Positions 1 through 10,043 of a stretch of DNA of 64,000 nucleotides are shown here, piece by piece. The stretch is from a virus. The stretch is from positions 108,010 through 172,009 of IMG/VR virus record IMGVR_UViG_3300035696_000007; one strand, 5' to 3'. Position numbers and translations under genes: made by a program. How positions within the stretch are numbered: position 1 is the stretch's first letter; each line of letters starts with the position of its first letter. The notes beneath the pieces are model-generated. The model had not been told where the DNA came from. It saw only the letters and a program-made list of their open reading frames with translations, and did no database searches.

Positions 1-167
1 GAGAAGCCTGCGGCGCCTACGTTTTGGTGACCTGTCGCGCACAACGGGGCAGCCGTTGACCCACGCGATCTGCTTAGTGCGTGGGCTATCAAGGGCGCAC
101 ATCAGGCTACTGAGCGAGGACGCCTCATGGTAGGGCACAATCTCGCCATTCGGGTGTTGAATCTTGA

Positions 168-1013
168 TCACAGCTCGGGCAGGTAGAGCATCTCGGCATC
201 CCAGGCGCCGAGGATGTAGTAGTAAAAGCCGAAGGGGGACTGGGCCAGCACGATGGGATCACGCTTGATCTCGCGGTCGGCGACCTCGCGGAACTGGTCG
301 TTGGTGGCGATCACGAAGAGCCGAGGCTTCTTGCCACACAACTCCATGGTCCTATCAGTGACGGCTTTCATCATCCGGGTGGCCTCGTCGGGCATCTCGG
401 GGATGAACATGTCGGCGTCCTTGAGCACGAGCTCGTGCTTCTCGCACAGGGCCATGACCTTGGCGTGGTCGGTGGTGTCGAGGCGGGAGAAGAACTCGCG
501 GAAGGTGGTGCCGTCCTTGGACTTGGCGTCGTACTTCTTGCGGTTGCGCAGGCACTGGAGCAGGGCGTCGACCTCGGCGGTGGAGTACTTGGTGCCCTGG
601 ATGAGGGACCGCTTGGCCTCCATCATCTCGATCTTCGTGTCGAGGCCCTCCAGCGACCAGTGCGTGGGGACGCGGCCGAGCTCGGCCAGCACCTCCTTGG
701 GGCGCACCCTGATCTTGGCCACCTTCTCCGGGGCCGGGGCGGGCACGCCGAGCACCTGCACGCCGGACGTGTCGGGCGTCAGCCACGCGGCGGTGGGGGT
801 CGTCGCGTTGGTCGAGACCATGTTGATGAGGCTATACTGGGTCGGGCCAGTATGGGCGAAGCCGCCGCCGGCGAACCGGTCGGAGCGGAAGTCGGCGAGG
901 AAGTCGCCGCCCGGCGACTCCTTCTGATCTTTCACGACCGCTTCCTCGACCTCGTCGGCTGTGCGGCCGCTAATGGCCGCGATGAGCGTCTTGATCAAAC
1001 TTGGTTTTTTCAT
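168..1013 (-). CDS. hypothetical phage protein
   Basis: ORF with GC3-biased codons; start taken at MKKPSLIK after GAGG. Confidence 0.75.
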   Translation of the reverse strand: MKKPSLIKTLIAAISGRTADEVEEAVVKDQKESPGGDFLADFRSDRFAGGGFAHTGPTQYSLINMVSTNATTPTAAWLTPDTSGVQVLGVPAPAPEKVAKIRVRPKEVLAELGRVPTHWSLEGLDTKIEMMEAKRSLIQGTKYSTAEVDALLQCLRNRKKYDAKSKDGTTFREFFSRLDTTDHAKVMALCEKHELVLKDADMFIPEMPDEATRMMKAVTDRTMELCGKKPRLFVIATNDQFREVADREIKRDPIVLAQSPFGFYYYILGAWDAEMLYLPEL

Positions 1014-1023
1014 AAGATGCCTC

Positions 1024-1635
1024 TTAGTTCCTCGGAATAGGGTTCCGAAGCTTAGTGCGGTATGTGGCCTTGAGGTCGCTACCCTGGCAGCCGTCCGCCG
1101 ACCTATACCAACTGAGGGTACCGTCCTCACCGGGGAGCCATATCTCAATTTCAGGCGTCGGTGCCCTAGGCCCGATCTCCTCGGGCGCCAACAGGCGCCA
1201 GCCGTCCTTCACGCCCACGCGCGAGCCGCGCAGCTTGCACGGGTTGTAGCCGGCGGCGACCTCGTCCTTGGGCCACTCGCCGGGGAAGACCATCTTCATC
1301 TCGTCCCAGTCCCAGGGCGCGAGCGGCAGCTCCCGCGCGTGGAGGGCGCGCAGCTCGGCCTTGCATTTGAGGATGGCCCTCTTCATGTCCTCAAGGGCGT
1401 CGTTGGAGGCTGGCCAGCCGCCCCGCGCGCACCATTTTTTGGCACAGTCCAGGACGGCGCGGGGCAAGTCGTCGGGGTCGAGGAGGAGGGGCTGCATCCA
1501 GAGCAGGCGGGTGGCCCGCTCGGAGGCCGTCTTCGACTCCTTGATGACCTTGCGCCGCTTGTCGGCCGTCTCGCTGAGGGGCTCCAGGAGCACCTCGTGG
1601 TGCACGTGCCAGTACCATGTCAGTTCGATGCTCAT
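1024..1635 (-). CDS. hypothetical protein
   Basis: MSIELTWYWHVHHE...; overlaps stop of upstream gene. Confidence 0.65.
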   Translation of the reverse strand: MSIELTWYWHVHHEVLLEPLSETADKRRKVIKESKTASERATRLLWMQPLLLDPDDLPRAVLDCAKKWCARGGWPASNDALEDMKRAILKCKAELRALHARELPLAPWDWDEMKMVFPGEWPKDEVAAGYNPCKLRGSRVGVKDGWRLLAPEEIGPRAPTPEIEIWLPGEDGTLSWYRSADGCQGSDLKATYRTKLRNPIPRN

Positions 1636-2051
1636 AAATCCTTCCGGTTCCCGCTCAGCCTCTTGCCGGCGCCCGCGGTGACCCGCACGATGACCTTCTG
1701 GACCTCGCCCACGATGTCCTCCAGGACGTAGGGGAGCATCCCCACGTCCACCAGCCGCAGGCCGAGCGGGCGGGCCTCCGCGTCGAGCTGCGCGAACATG
1801 GCGTTGAGCATGTCCTGCTGGCCAGCCTCGGCGTAGCCCTTTCCCAGCCAACCCTCGGTGAGCGCCACGGTGTAGGGGCGCCCCCGCTGGACGTTGTGCA
1901 CCTTGGGCAGCAGGTCGGCCCCGTCGAGGACCACGATGACCGGGGGGTGCGCGCCGGCGACGGGGTTCGCGGCCCCGGGCGCGGCCCGCAGCACGGCCTG
2001 CACGTCGCCGTCGTAGACGGCGCACACGGTGAATCTGTTGGAGCCGCTCAC
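1632..2051 (-). CDS. hypothetical protein
   Basis: GTG start coupled to upstream stop. Confidence 0.6.
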   Translation of the reverse strand: MSGSNRFTVCAVYDGDVQAVLRAAPGAANPVAGAHPPVIVVLDGADLLPKVHNVQRGRPYTVALTEGWLGKGYAEAGQQDMLNAMFAQLDAEARPLGLRLVDVGMLPYVLEDIVGEVQKVIVRVTAGAGKRLSGNRKDL

Positions 2052-2425
2052 GCCTTCTTCCCCAGCGCCCGCAGGCGCTTGTCGATAGCGGCGGCGCACA
2101 GGGCGCCGGCCCTGGCCAGGTCACGGATCTCATCCTCCAGCCTGCCCGCGGCGGCCTCCTTCTCAGTCCTGAGCACCCGGCGGTGCTCGGAGGTGCCCGG
2201 CTTCCACCAGGAGGCCTTCCACGGCCAGACGGTGACCATGACGCCCTCCTTGTTGGGCAGGCACATGTTCTCGGCGCGGACGCCGCCGGCGTTGAGGGCG
2301 TAGGCGGCCGCCCCGCGCTCCAGCTCGCCGGCCCGGTAGGCGTCGTCGCGGCCGGCGTCGAAGCCCTCGGCCTCGACCTGGCGGGCGCGCTCGACCGCGA
2401 TGAGGTGGACACCCTCATTCGTCAT
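2048..2425 (-). CDS. conserved phage hypothetical protein (ERxRQxxxEG...DD motif)
   Basis: LIAVERARQVEAEGFDAGRDD...WPW...WWKP...LARAGALCAAAID resembles a widespread phage family. Confidence 0.7.
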   Translation of the reverse strand: MTNEGVHLIAVERARQVEAEGFDAGRDDAYRAGELERGAAAYALNAGGVRAENMCLPNKEGVMVTVWPWKASWWKPGTSEHRRVLRTEKEAAAGRLEDEIRDLARAGALCAAAIDKRLRALGKKA

Positions 2426-2551
2426 AGATTTGCTCTCTTTTTTCATGGATGGTTATGATGCCGAACAGCCGCCACGTGGTGACCCTCCACGCCCGGAACC
2501 AAAAGTCGCCGGAGCAGCCCTGGCTCGCCTCGAATCTGACGGCCTTGGTGA

Positions 2552-3013
2552 TCATCCCGCCGCCGTCCCCTTCCCCGGCTTGCCCTCCCACAGCCACGCG
2601 ACGGGGAGCTTCGCGAAGCCGGGGTCGAGCGGACGCCACGCCAGGCAGGCGGGGCGGAGCCCGACGTACATTGAAAGGTAGGCGGGCGGGACGCCGCTTA
2701 GGCACATCCTGGTCTTCAGCGTCTGCACCTGGCCGTCCGTGGCCACCTCCACGCAGTAGGCCTCGACCGGCTGGCCGGGGTTCGGCTGGGAAGGCCACGA
2801 CCCGTCGGGCCGCCTGACGACCCAGCCGTCGCCCGCGGCTGGGCCCGCGTCGCGGAAGTCCCGGTGGTCCACCAGCTCGTCCACCTTGCAGTCCTCCAGC
2901 TTGAAGCCGCTCTCCGGGGGCCTCGGCAGGGCGACGTGGAGTATCGTCGACGCGTCGTCGGCGACGTGCGCCACCCTCCTGCCGAACTCGTCGCGGTGGA
3001 CGTAGACGTACAC
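2552..3013 (-). CDS. hypothetical protein
   Basis: ORF in tightly packed operon. Confidence 0.6.
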   Translation of the reverse strand: MYVYVHRDEFGRRVAHVADDASTILHVALPRPPESGFKLEDCKVDELVDHRDFRDAGPAAGDGWVVRRPDGSWPSQPNPGQPVEAYCVEVATDGQVQTLKTRMCLSGVPPAYLSMYVGLRPACLAWRPLDPGFAKLPVAWLWEGKPGKGTAAG

Positions 3014-3015
3014 GG

Positions 3016-3375
3016 CTACTTCACCCTCGAATAGTAGGCGTTGCTGACCCCGGCCTGCGCGCTCCAGCGCCACTGGTCGAGGACGTACTGGGCGAACTCG
3101 CCCTCGGTCAGCTCGATGACCTTGTCCTTGGTCCAGCGCATCATCGAAATGACACGGTCGTAGTCCTCAGTCTGGTCGACGGGGGCCGCGACCTGCACCT
3201 GGACCTGGAGGGGGATGCGCTTGCCCCTGCGGGCCAGCCTGAGCATCTTGTCGAGCTGCCGGATGACGGTCTTCCGGTAGCCCTCCTGCGCCTTGAGGAA
3301 GATGGCGCGGTGGGCGTTCCTGTTGGCCACGAGCTTGGCCAGCAGCTTTTCCTTGTCGATTTTCACGGTTTCCAT
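3016..3375 (-). CDS. conserved phage hypothetical protein
   Basis: METVKIDKEKLLAKL...; GAGTTCT motif upstream. Confidence 0.75.
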   Translation of the reverse strand: METVKIDKEKLLAKLVANRNAHRAIFLKAQEGYRKTVIRQLDKMLRLARRGKRIPLQVQVQVAAPVDQTEDYDRVISMMRWTKDKVIELTEGEFAQYVLDQWRWSAQAGVSNAYYSRVK

Positions 3376-3390
3376 AAAGCCTATGAGAAC

Positions 3391-3621
3391 TCACTTCGGC
3401 GCGGGAGCAACCGGCGGAACTCGCGGGGGTCGGCTGGTGAGCCTGTATGCCCGCACCACCCTCTCGTTGACGATTTCGAGGAGCGTCCAGCCATTTTCGT
3501 ATGCAGCGGCCAAAAGAGCGTCCCATTGCCCTGGCCGCATTGTGATGTAACCCTGACCCGCCGGGCCCACCACAGGAAATGGGGAGGGGAGTGGGATACG
3601 ATCTAGCAGCGGACGTTTCAT
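3391..3621 (-). CDS. hypothetical protein
   Basis: packed ORF. Confidence 0.55.
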   Translation of the reverse strand: MKRPLLDRIPLPSPFPVVGPAGQGYITMRPGQWDALLAAAYENGWTLLEIVNERVVRAYRLTSRPPRVPPVAPAPK

Positions 3622-3631
3622 GGGATGCAGG

Positions 3632-4015
3632 TCAGAAGGGCGGCGGGAACCTGGAGCCCTCGGCACCTATCTCCGGCCACCGCATGCGGTCCGGCCCGGC
3701 CCGCTCGGCGGCCCGCCTGAGCGCCTCCAGCTGCGGGGCGTCGAGGCCCTTGCTCTTGTGCTCCTCGATGCTCTTCAGCAAATGCTCGACCATGCCGGGC
3801 GGCATCGCCGCGACCAGCTCCTCGGCCATGCCAGGCGGCACCGTCGACGCGAGGTGGTCGGCGAGCAAGTTCAGGACCTCGCCCAGGGCCTTCTCGAACT
3901 CCTCCGGCGAGAAGGTCTCGTGCCCGACGGGGAGCCCGACGACGGCTTCGAGCTTCGCCTTCAGCGCCTCGATGAAGTCCTCCCCGGACCCGCCGATGAA
4001 AGGCTCGCCGCTCAC
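3632..4015 (-). CDS. hypothetical protein
   Basis: acidic ORF with phage-like codon usage. Confidence 0.65.
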   Translation of the reverse strand: MSGEPFIGGSGEDFIEALKAKLEAVVGLPVGHETFSPEEFEKALGEVLNLLADHLASTVPPGMAEELVAAMPPGMVEHLLKSIEEHKSKGLDAPQLEALRRAAERAGPDRMRWPEIGAEGSRFPPPF

Positions 4016-4414
4016 CGGTCGCCCTCCTCGCCCCTGGCGTCCTCAAGCTCGGCCTCGGCCAGGGCGTCGGACTGGCGGTAGCGGACGGGCTTGCCGTCGA
4101 CGAGGCCCACCGCGTTCCGGGCGGCCGCCTGTGCGTCCTTGGCCATCCTGAACACCTTCTCCGCGTCGGCCTTAGAGAGCATCCGCATCGAGAAGAACGA
4201 CGGCATGCCGTTGATCGAGCGGGGGCCGGCCTCGGAGAGGTACTCGTAGATCAGGCCCGGCGGGTTCTTGATCATCTCCCTGCGCTGCTTGGCGCCCATG
4301 AAGATGAGGACCATGAACACGGACGAGAGGTCCTCCGGGCTGCGCAGTGAAGACGCGGCCCGCGGCGATGTCCAGCGCGAGCTGCCCGAGTTCGGCTTCG
4401 GGGAGGTCCTTCAT
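4012..4414 (-). pseudogene. frameshifted hypothetical phage protein
   Basis: MKDLPEAELGQLALDIAAGRVFT in one frame continues as LRSPEDLSSVFMVLIF...GPRSINGMP in another; switch near 4345. Confidence 0.55.
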
Positions 4415-4429
4415 GTATCAGGAAAATGT

Positions 4430-4930
4430 TTACGCCACCCTCGGCCTGCTCGACGGCATGGGGCCGGGGCTGGGCTTCTTCTTCGCGTCACGCTCGCGAA
4501 CCTCCACAAGCATCGGCGGGATGGCCTTGCCCTTGAGGCGGCGGATGTCGAAGTCGAGCGGCAGGATCGCCTGTCCGGTCTTCTCCAGCGTGCCGCGGGG
4601 CTGGATCTCCACGTGCGTGCAGCCGCTGACGTGCACCAATAGGTTGATCGCCATGCCGGCGAAGCCGGTGTAGGTGTCCTCGACCTGCGTGCCGAGCACT
4701 TCGATTGGGATCTCGCAGTCCACAAGTTCGATTTTGTGCTCGCCAAAGCCTTCAAGCCTCTCCGCGGCCAGCCAGACTTGCTTGAGCGGCCGCTGGTCGG
4801 CCGGGTCCAGGCCCTTCGGCTGGACGAGGTACAAGTGCGAAAGATCCAACCCGATCTGCAGGAGCGTCACGGTGCCCCTGAGGCCCGTCGCAAGGTCCCT
4901 GACCTTGCTTCCAAGCTTGATGATTTTCAT
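4430..4930 (-). CDS. hypothetical protein with two internal repeats
   Basis: LGSKVRDLATGLRG / LGTQVEDTYTGFAG duplicated units. Confidence 0.75.
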   Translation of the reverse strand: MKIIKLGSKVRDLATGLRGTVTLLQIGLDLSHLYLVQPKGLDPADQRPLKQVWLAAERLEGFGEHKIELVDCEIPIEVLGTQVEDTYTGFAGMAINLLVHVSGCTHVEIQPRGTLEKTGQAILPLDFDIRRLKGKAIPPMLVEVRERDAKKKPSPGPMPSSRPRVA

Positions 4931-4980
4931 TCTAGTTTTTGTTTACAACTTTATGTCTACAACAAAATGGTGGCCGCATG

Positions 4981-5754
4981 TCAACTGAAACCCGACGCCG
5001 TCAGCGCCGCACACGCCTCCATGGCCGCCTTGAGGCCCTGAGCGATCTCGACCCACCGCACGGCAAGGACGACGGCGTACACGGATGGCTTCACGCCGTA
5101 GGCGCCGCAGGCGTAGGCGTCGTTCGCCTCGATCAGGGCCGTGATGGACCCGCCCCGCAGCACACCGAAGTCCAGCAGGAAAGCGACCGGCCCGCCCGCG
5201 GCGAAGTACGCGTACGCCGCGTCCTCGACGACGCCGCGGTCCACCGGCGTGGCCTCGTCGCCCCAGTAGTGCCGCACGTCTAGGACGCGCCCGAGCAGGA
5301 CGAACGCCCGCCACTCCGACTTGAAGTCGACCACGTCCGAGCACCAGATCTCGTCGTCGGGGCGAATCCTGGCCAGGGTCGGCGTGCCGGTGACGAAGCC
5401 GGTGAACTTCTTGACCCGGCCCCGCGGCTTGACGAAGAGCGGCGCCCTCCCGCAGACCTCCCGCCAGGTGGACGGCCACACGCACCGCCGGAAGAACCGG
5501 CGCAGGCAGTCGGGGTAGTCGAGCGGCCAGGGCGGGGTGAGGCCGAGCTGCCTCAGCGCCATGTGGACGACCGGCACCGTGCCGCCCACCAGGGTGCCCG
5601 TGGAGAGGGGCACCCGGCCCCTGAAGAGGTTCTTCTCGTAGAAGCCGAACCACGGGACGCGCGGGCTGAGCGCCGACAGCCCGGCGGCGAGCGCCTGGCA
5701 GTCCGTCTCCAGGCGGCCGGGCGACTCCAGCAGGAGCTGCGCGGAGGTTATCAT
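4981..5754 (-). CDS. ATP-grasp domain protein (R2K clade / DUF4343-like)
   Basis: motifs DYPDCL, LFVKP..KKFTGFV, SEWRAFV, LDFGV, LIEANDAYACGAYG. Confidence 0.8.
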   Translation of the reverse strand: MITSAQLLLESPGRLETDCQALAAGLSALSPRVPWFGFYEKNLFRGRVPLSTGTLVGGTVPVVHMALRQLGLTPPWPLDYPDCLRRFFRRCVWPSTWREVCGRAPLFVKPRGRVKKFTGFVTGTPTLARIRPDDEIWCSDVVDFKSEWRAFVLLGRVLDVRHYWGDEATPVDRGVVEDAAYAYFAAGGPVAFLLDFGVLRGGSITALIEANDAYACGAYGVKPSVYAVVLAVRWVEIAQGLKAAMEACAALTASGFS

Positions 5755-5755
5755 G

Positions 5756-6598
5756 TCAGCTCCCGATGGCGATCGAGCCGTCGAGGATCTGGGCGATGTA
5801 CTGCTCGTGCGTCGCCTGCGCCCGGCGCCTGGCCGGCCCGCCGGCGACGCGCTGCCAGAAGGAGGGCCGCGAGGACATGTGGGCGTCCACGCGCCTGGCC
5901 TCCTCGATCCTGGCGTCGAGCGTGCCGCCGGCCAGGGCCCCGGCCTCGACGCCGCGGCGGGCCGTCTCCAGGGCCCTCGCGATGGCCTCGCTCCGCCACC
6001 AGTGCGCCGGGATGTCCCGCGGGGTGTAGACGACGCGGGGGACGCCGTCCCATTCCGGCCGCGCGCCCACCGGCCCCTGCACGCCCGTCGGGCCCACCGG
6101 CCCCTGCATGCCACCGCGCGGCCACATGCGCGTCGGCTCGACATGCCCGCGCGGCGGAGGCCCCGCGCCGGTGACCCCGGAGGCGGCGGCCCATCCCGGC
6201 CCCGTGGCCCCGGGGAACATGGCGAACGCCCCGGACTCGCGCGCCCCCGGCCACGCGTCCGCGCCGCGCACCTCGAAATTGGAGTTCATCGCCTCGATCA
6301 CGCGCACCTGCTCCTCGGTCATGGGGGGCGTCGCGCCGGGCCGGTCCAGCCAGGCGGGGTGCTCCACGGGCTGGCCGTCGACGGGGGCCGTCAGGACCAT
6401 CTCCTCGCGGTAGCCCGCGCCGAGCGGCCCCTGCCACTCGCCGTCCTCGTTCTTCCACCAGCGGCTACCGTCGCTAGTGTCCTCGACCGCGGGCAGGCCG
6501 CGCCACTCGCCCGGCCGGAAGCGGGCCTTCGGGGCCTTCGGCTTCTTCGGCCTGGGGGCGGAGGGCTCTTCGAGGTCGAACTTTCGGATGGCGGCCAC
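5756..6598 (-). CDS. hypothetical protein
   Basis: GTG start after GAGTTCT motif; short G-X-Y stretch. Confidence 0.6.
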   Translation of the reverse strand: MAAIRKFDLEEPSAPRPKKPKAPKARFRPGEWRGLPAVEDTSDGSRWWKNEDGEWQGPLGAGYREEMVLTAPVDGQPVEHPAWLDRPGATPPMTEEQVRVIEAMNSNFEVRGADAWPGARESGAFAMFPGATGPGWAAASGVTGAGPPPRGHVEPTRMWPRGGMQGPVGPTGVQGPVGARPEWDGVPRVVYTPRDIPAHWWRSEAIARALETARRGVEAGALAGGTLDARIEEARRVDAHMSSRPSFWQRVAGGPARRRAQATHEQYIAQILDGSIAIGS

Positions 6599-6613
6599 GG
6601 CTCTGGAAAGAAC

Positions 6614-6937
6614 TCAGGTCATGTAGACCGGCACGCACACCGGCACGGCCACCGGCATCATCACCGTGATCATCGAGATGAACACGGGCACGGGCACCGG
6701 CACGGGCACCAGCACGGGCACCGACGGCGCGGCTGGCGCCCACCCCCAGCCCGTCCAAGCCAGCCAGCCGAAGCGAGGATCGAAGCAGACCGTCCCGGGC
6801 GGCGGAAACGGCTGGGGGCAGTTCGAAGTCCAGAACGACGGGCGCGCGGGGGCCGGCTCCGGGGGCGGGGGCGGGTCGCCGAGGTCGAACCTGCGGATGG
6901 GCGTCTGCACGGGATTCGAGCCGCGATGGCCGGGCAT
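6614..6937 (-). CDS. proline-rich hypothetical protein
   Basis: shares IRxFDL motif with the neighbouring gene. Confidence 0.45.
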   Translation of the reverse strand: MPGHRGSNPVQTPIRRFDLGDPPPPPEPAPARPSFWTSNCPQPFPPPGTVCFDPRFGWLAWTGWGWAPAAPSVPVLVPVPVPVPVFISMITVMMPVAVPVCVPVYMT

Positions 6938-6941
6938 TTGT

Positions 6942-7475
6942 TTACAAGCCCCGCAGCTTCCTGCACCCCGGGTTGCCGGACATGCAGGGGCCGCCGAAGC
7001 GCCCGCAGAGCCACGTGCCGCAGGTGATGCGCCTGGGGCCGCGCACGCACCTGACGCCTTCGGGCGAGGAGTCGTCGGAGACGTAGTAGCGGACGGCGGT
7101 CTCGGTGACCTTCGGCCCGCGCCTGAGGAGGCCCGCGGCCCCGCAGAGGCGGAACTGCTCGCTGAACAGGCGGGGCGCCTTGGGCGGGGACACCGTGCCG
7201 GGGGCGGCGGACTCCATCTCGGCCAAGACGGTGCCCTCCAGCGTCTGGAGGGCGCAGCCGAGCACGTAGAGCTTGCCGCGCAGGCCGCCCTTGGGCGGCA
7301 GGGCGTTGACGGCCGCCCAGAACGGGCGGGACTTGGGGCCGGAGTACCGGCGGTGGAGGGGCTTGGCCCGGCGAAGGAAGGCCTGCCGGTCCTTGGCGAA
7401 CTTCCTGAGATCCTTCAGCCATCGGGCGTGCGTCTTTTTCGGTGTCTTTTTTGGTGTCTTTTTTGGCATCTTCAT
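6942..7475 (-). CDS. basic, Cys-rich hypothetical protein
   Basis: ORF. Confidence 0.5.
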   Translation of the reverse strand: MKMPKKTPKKTPKKTHARWLKDLRKFAKDRQAFLRRAKPLHRRYSGPKSRPFWAAVNALPPKGGLRGKLYVLGCALQTLEGTVLAEMESAAPGTVSPPKAPRLFSEQFRLCGAAGLLRRGPKVTETAVRYYVSDDSSPEGVRCVRGPRRITCGTWLCGRFGGPCMSGNPGCRKLRGL

Positions 7476-7482
7476 GGCGGGT

Positions 7483-7839
7483 TCAAAGTTCGACCTGCTT
7501 GCCGTCGAAGCCGATCCAGGGCTCGTCCCTCCAGTCCTCCCCGTCGCCGCGGTCGCCCCAGTCCGTGGCCGCCGTCGGGGTGTCGATCTCCGTCCACGGG
7601 GCGCCCGGCGGGACGTCGCGCTGGTCGCCGCCCGGCCCGGTGTACTTGACGGGGGTGGAGGGGTTCCGCTCCGCGAACAGGGCCACCGCGATCAGGAACG
7701 CCCGCTCCGGCGTGTCCGTCGCGACGTACGGCCCCGGCCGCAGGAGGCCGAAGTCGTGCACGACGCCCCTGACGTACCGCCGGCCCCGGCGGGGCAGCCG
7801 CTCGTACGCGGCCTCGTTGAACGTCCTCGTCTCATTCAC
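7483..7839 (-). CDS. hypothetical protein
   Basis: GTG start overlapping upstream stop. Confidence 0.55.
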   Translation of the reverse strand: MNETRTFNEAAYERLPRRGRRYVRGVVHDFGLLRPGPYVATDTPERAFLIAVALFAERNPSTPVKYTGPGGDQRDVPPGAPWTEIDTPTAATDWGDRGDGEDWRDEPWIGFDGKQVEL

Positions 7840-8351
7840 GGCACGGTCTGGAGCCTGAAGGGGGAGACGATGACGCGGGGCTCGACGTAGACGGGCTTCA
7901 CGTCGCCGCCGTTGGGGTCCTTGAGGAGCACCCAAGTGCCCTCGGCGGTGGCGGGCGAGTAGAGGCCGTTGGGGTCGGCCTGGGCGATGGTGGTCGCCCC
8001 CTGCCCGTAGGGGATGGTCTGCTGCGGGTTGGTGAACTGGGTGGCGTAGGGGATGCCGTAGCCGACGGACTCGCCGAGGAAGACCAGCTTGCCGGTCATC
8101 TCCGCCACGATGTAGGTGTAGGTGACGAGGCCGTTCTGGTCGCGCAGCTCGATGATGTCCTTCAGGAGCTTCTTCTCCCTGAAGTTGTGGACGGCGGGCA
8201 TGCCGACGGTCATGTTGGACTCGCGCTGCAGGGTCTCCTGCCGCTGCTTCTCGACGGCGATGCTGTCCGGCGTGCCGGAGCAGGAGTTCTCGGCGCCGCA
8301 CCAGAGCAGCGCGAGAGGGATCAGGACTGTGAGGGCCAGCTTTCTTTTCAT
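7836..8351 (-). CDS. putative exported protein/lipoprotein
   Basis: signal peptide with Cys; GYGIPYATQFTNP, QADPNGLYSP motifs. Confidence 0.75.
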   Translation of the reverse strand: MKRKLALTVLIPLALLWCGAENSCSGTPDSIAVEKQRQETLQRESNMTVGMPAVHNFREKKLLKDIIELRDQNGLVTYTYIVAEMTGKLVFLGESVGYGIPYATQFTNPQQTIPYGQGATTIAQADPNGLYSPATAEGTWVLLKDPNGGDVKPVYVEPRVIVSPFRLQTVP

Positions 8352-8370
8352 GGGGGCTGGGGGTCAGGGG

Positions 8371-8712
8371 TTATTGGTTGAGGTGCTTGCGGGCGCGGAG
8401 CTGGCGCATGAAGCCCTGGAGGTCGGCCGGGAGCTTCTCGTCGGGGTAGTCGGCGTAGCGGTGGAGGATCAGGCTGGCCAGGGCGTCCTTGCCGCCCTCG
8501 TCGGCGGCGACGTACTGGGCCTCCATGCCGTAGAGGTCCTGGATCATGCCCTGGTTGTAGGCCTTCGACTGCTCGAAGGTGGAGCGGCGCACCGCCTCCA
8601 TCCTGGGGTTGAACACCTTGAACAGGAAGTAGTCGTTCCCCTGAACGACCCATCCGATGGCCAGCACCGCGAGGAGGCCGGCGAGGAGTATCGTGGCGAT
8701 TTTGGTCTTCAT
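8371..8712 (-). CDS. membrane-anchored protein
   Basis: N-terminal TM helix plus helical domain (FEQSKAYNQGM). Confidence 0.75.
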   Translation of the reverse strand: MKTKIATILLAGLLAVLAIGWVVQGNDYFLFKVFNPRMEAVRRSTFEQSKAYNQGMIQDLYGMEAQYVAADEGGKDALASLILHRYADYPDEKLPADLQGFMRQLRARKHLNQ

Positions 8713-8783
8713 GGAAGGGGGTCACGGGGCGAAGGACTACCCGGGGGCGTCCCAGTGCTCGCATGACTGGCAGAAGCGCATGG

Positions 8784-9335
8784 TCAGTCCCTGTCGACGC
8801 AGATGGCGATGACGCCCCCGACGGCGAGGACGATGAAGAAGACGACCTGGCAGCCGCCCACCCACCGCCAGAGGGACGGGTGGCTGTGCTTCCACCAGAC
8901 GCCCTCGAACACGTCGAGCATCCCCTTGGCCTCGCCCTGCTCCTGAGCCGTGATCTGCTGGATGGCGGCCTGGTACTGGAAGGAGCCGACGTCCATGTTC
9001 AGGATTTCGTGCAGGCGCCCCTGGAGGCTCTTGACGGCCTCCAGGTTGCGGTCGAAGGAGTTGTCCGGGGTCGTGAGGAGCACGGCGTTGTGCTCGCCGG
9101 CGAAACCCCCGGCCTCCAGCGCGGCCACGAAGGCGTCGACGTACTTCGACTTCTGCGGGATGGTGGAGGCCTTCTCGGCGAGGCTCCAGTACGACCCGAA
9201 CTGGCGGCTGTACTGGTACTCGCCGACGATCTCGTTGGCGACGTTGAAGACCGTGGCGGCGACGCCGACCAAGAGCATGACGATCCCGGCGGGCGTGAGG
9301 GCGGACCTGTCGGAGGGCGACGATATGGTGTCCAT
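8784..9335 (-). CDS. two-TM membrane protein
   Basis: hydrophobic segments at both termini. Confidence 0.7.
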   Translation of the reverse strand: MDTISSPSDRSALTPAGIVMLLVGVAATVFNVANEIVGEYQYSRQFGSYWSLAEKASTIPQKSKYVDAFVAALEAGGFAGEHNAVLLTTPDNSFDRNLEAVKSLQGRLHEILNMDVGSFQYQAAIQQITAQEQGEAKGMLDVFEGVWWKHSHPSLWRWVGGCQVVFFIVLAVGGVIAICVDRD

Positions 9336-9341
9336 AAAGGT

Positions 9342-9740
9342 TCAGCGCAGGCCGAGGACGCCGGTAACCCCGACGCCCGCGGCGAGCAGCAGGGCGACCA
9401 TGCCCGCCTCCGCGAGGGAGGCGCACTCGCCGCTGCGGACCTCGTGGGGCCACGGCCGCGAGAAGTCGAACAGCGTCACGGTCCAGTAGTTGACCTGGTC
9501 GGGGCCGATGTGCCGGGCCTTCCAGTCGCGCCTGTCGAGGCAGGCCAGCACGGCCTTGGAGTCGCCGGTGAAGTTGGGCAAGCCCTCGAAGACGCACCGG
9601 TCACCGTCGAACCAGCCGCCGGGGTCCACGAGGTGATAGTCCGAGTCGAAGGCGGGGGGACGCATGACGAGGCCAAGCGCACGCTCGGCGAAGAGTTTGT
9701 TCTTCGCGGTGGCGTCCAGGGCGTTCCAGTCGATTGTCAT
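9342..9740 (-). CDS. hypothetical phage protein
   Basis: packed ORF. Confidence 0.65.
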   Translation of the reverse strand: MTIDWNALDATAKNKLFAERALGLVMRPPAFDSDYHLVDPGGWFDGDRCVFEGLPNFTGDSKAVLACLDRRDWKARHIGPDQVNYWTVTLFDFSRPWPHEVRSGECASLAEAGMVALLLAAGVGVTGVLGLR

Positions 9741-9985
9741 TGAGAAGGCGGTTGAATCTTCGGCTTGGTGATCTGGTGATTGTATTCGTCGGCCAACGAA
9801 GCGGCCATGAAGACCTCCAAGGCGTTGAGAGCGGCCTGGGCGTCGACGCCCGACACGTCGGTAGAGGTCGACAGCCCTCCGTCCGGGCGCAGCATCTCGG
9901 CCCTGGTGGCGATGTTGTCGGCGTCGATCACGACCTTCCAGCCGTGGCGGAGCAGGCGGTTGATGAGGGGGTGGGGCGGGCTCAT
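9737..9985 (-). CDS. hypothetical protein
   Basis: packed ORF. Confidence 0.55.
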   Translation of the reverse strand: MSPPHPLINRLLRHGWKVVIDADNIATRAEMLRPDGGLSTSTDVSGVDAQAALNALEVFMAASLADEYNHQITKPKIQPPSQ

Positions 9986-10043
9986 GCGCAGTTTGTGTTA
10001 GACTATTAGAACTGCGGGTCGCAACTTTTTTCGTAAACAAAAG

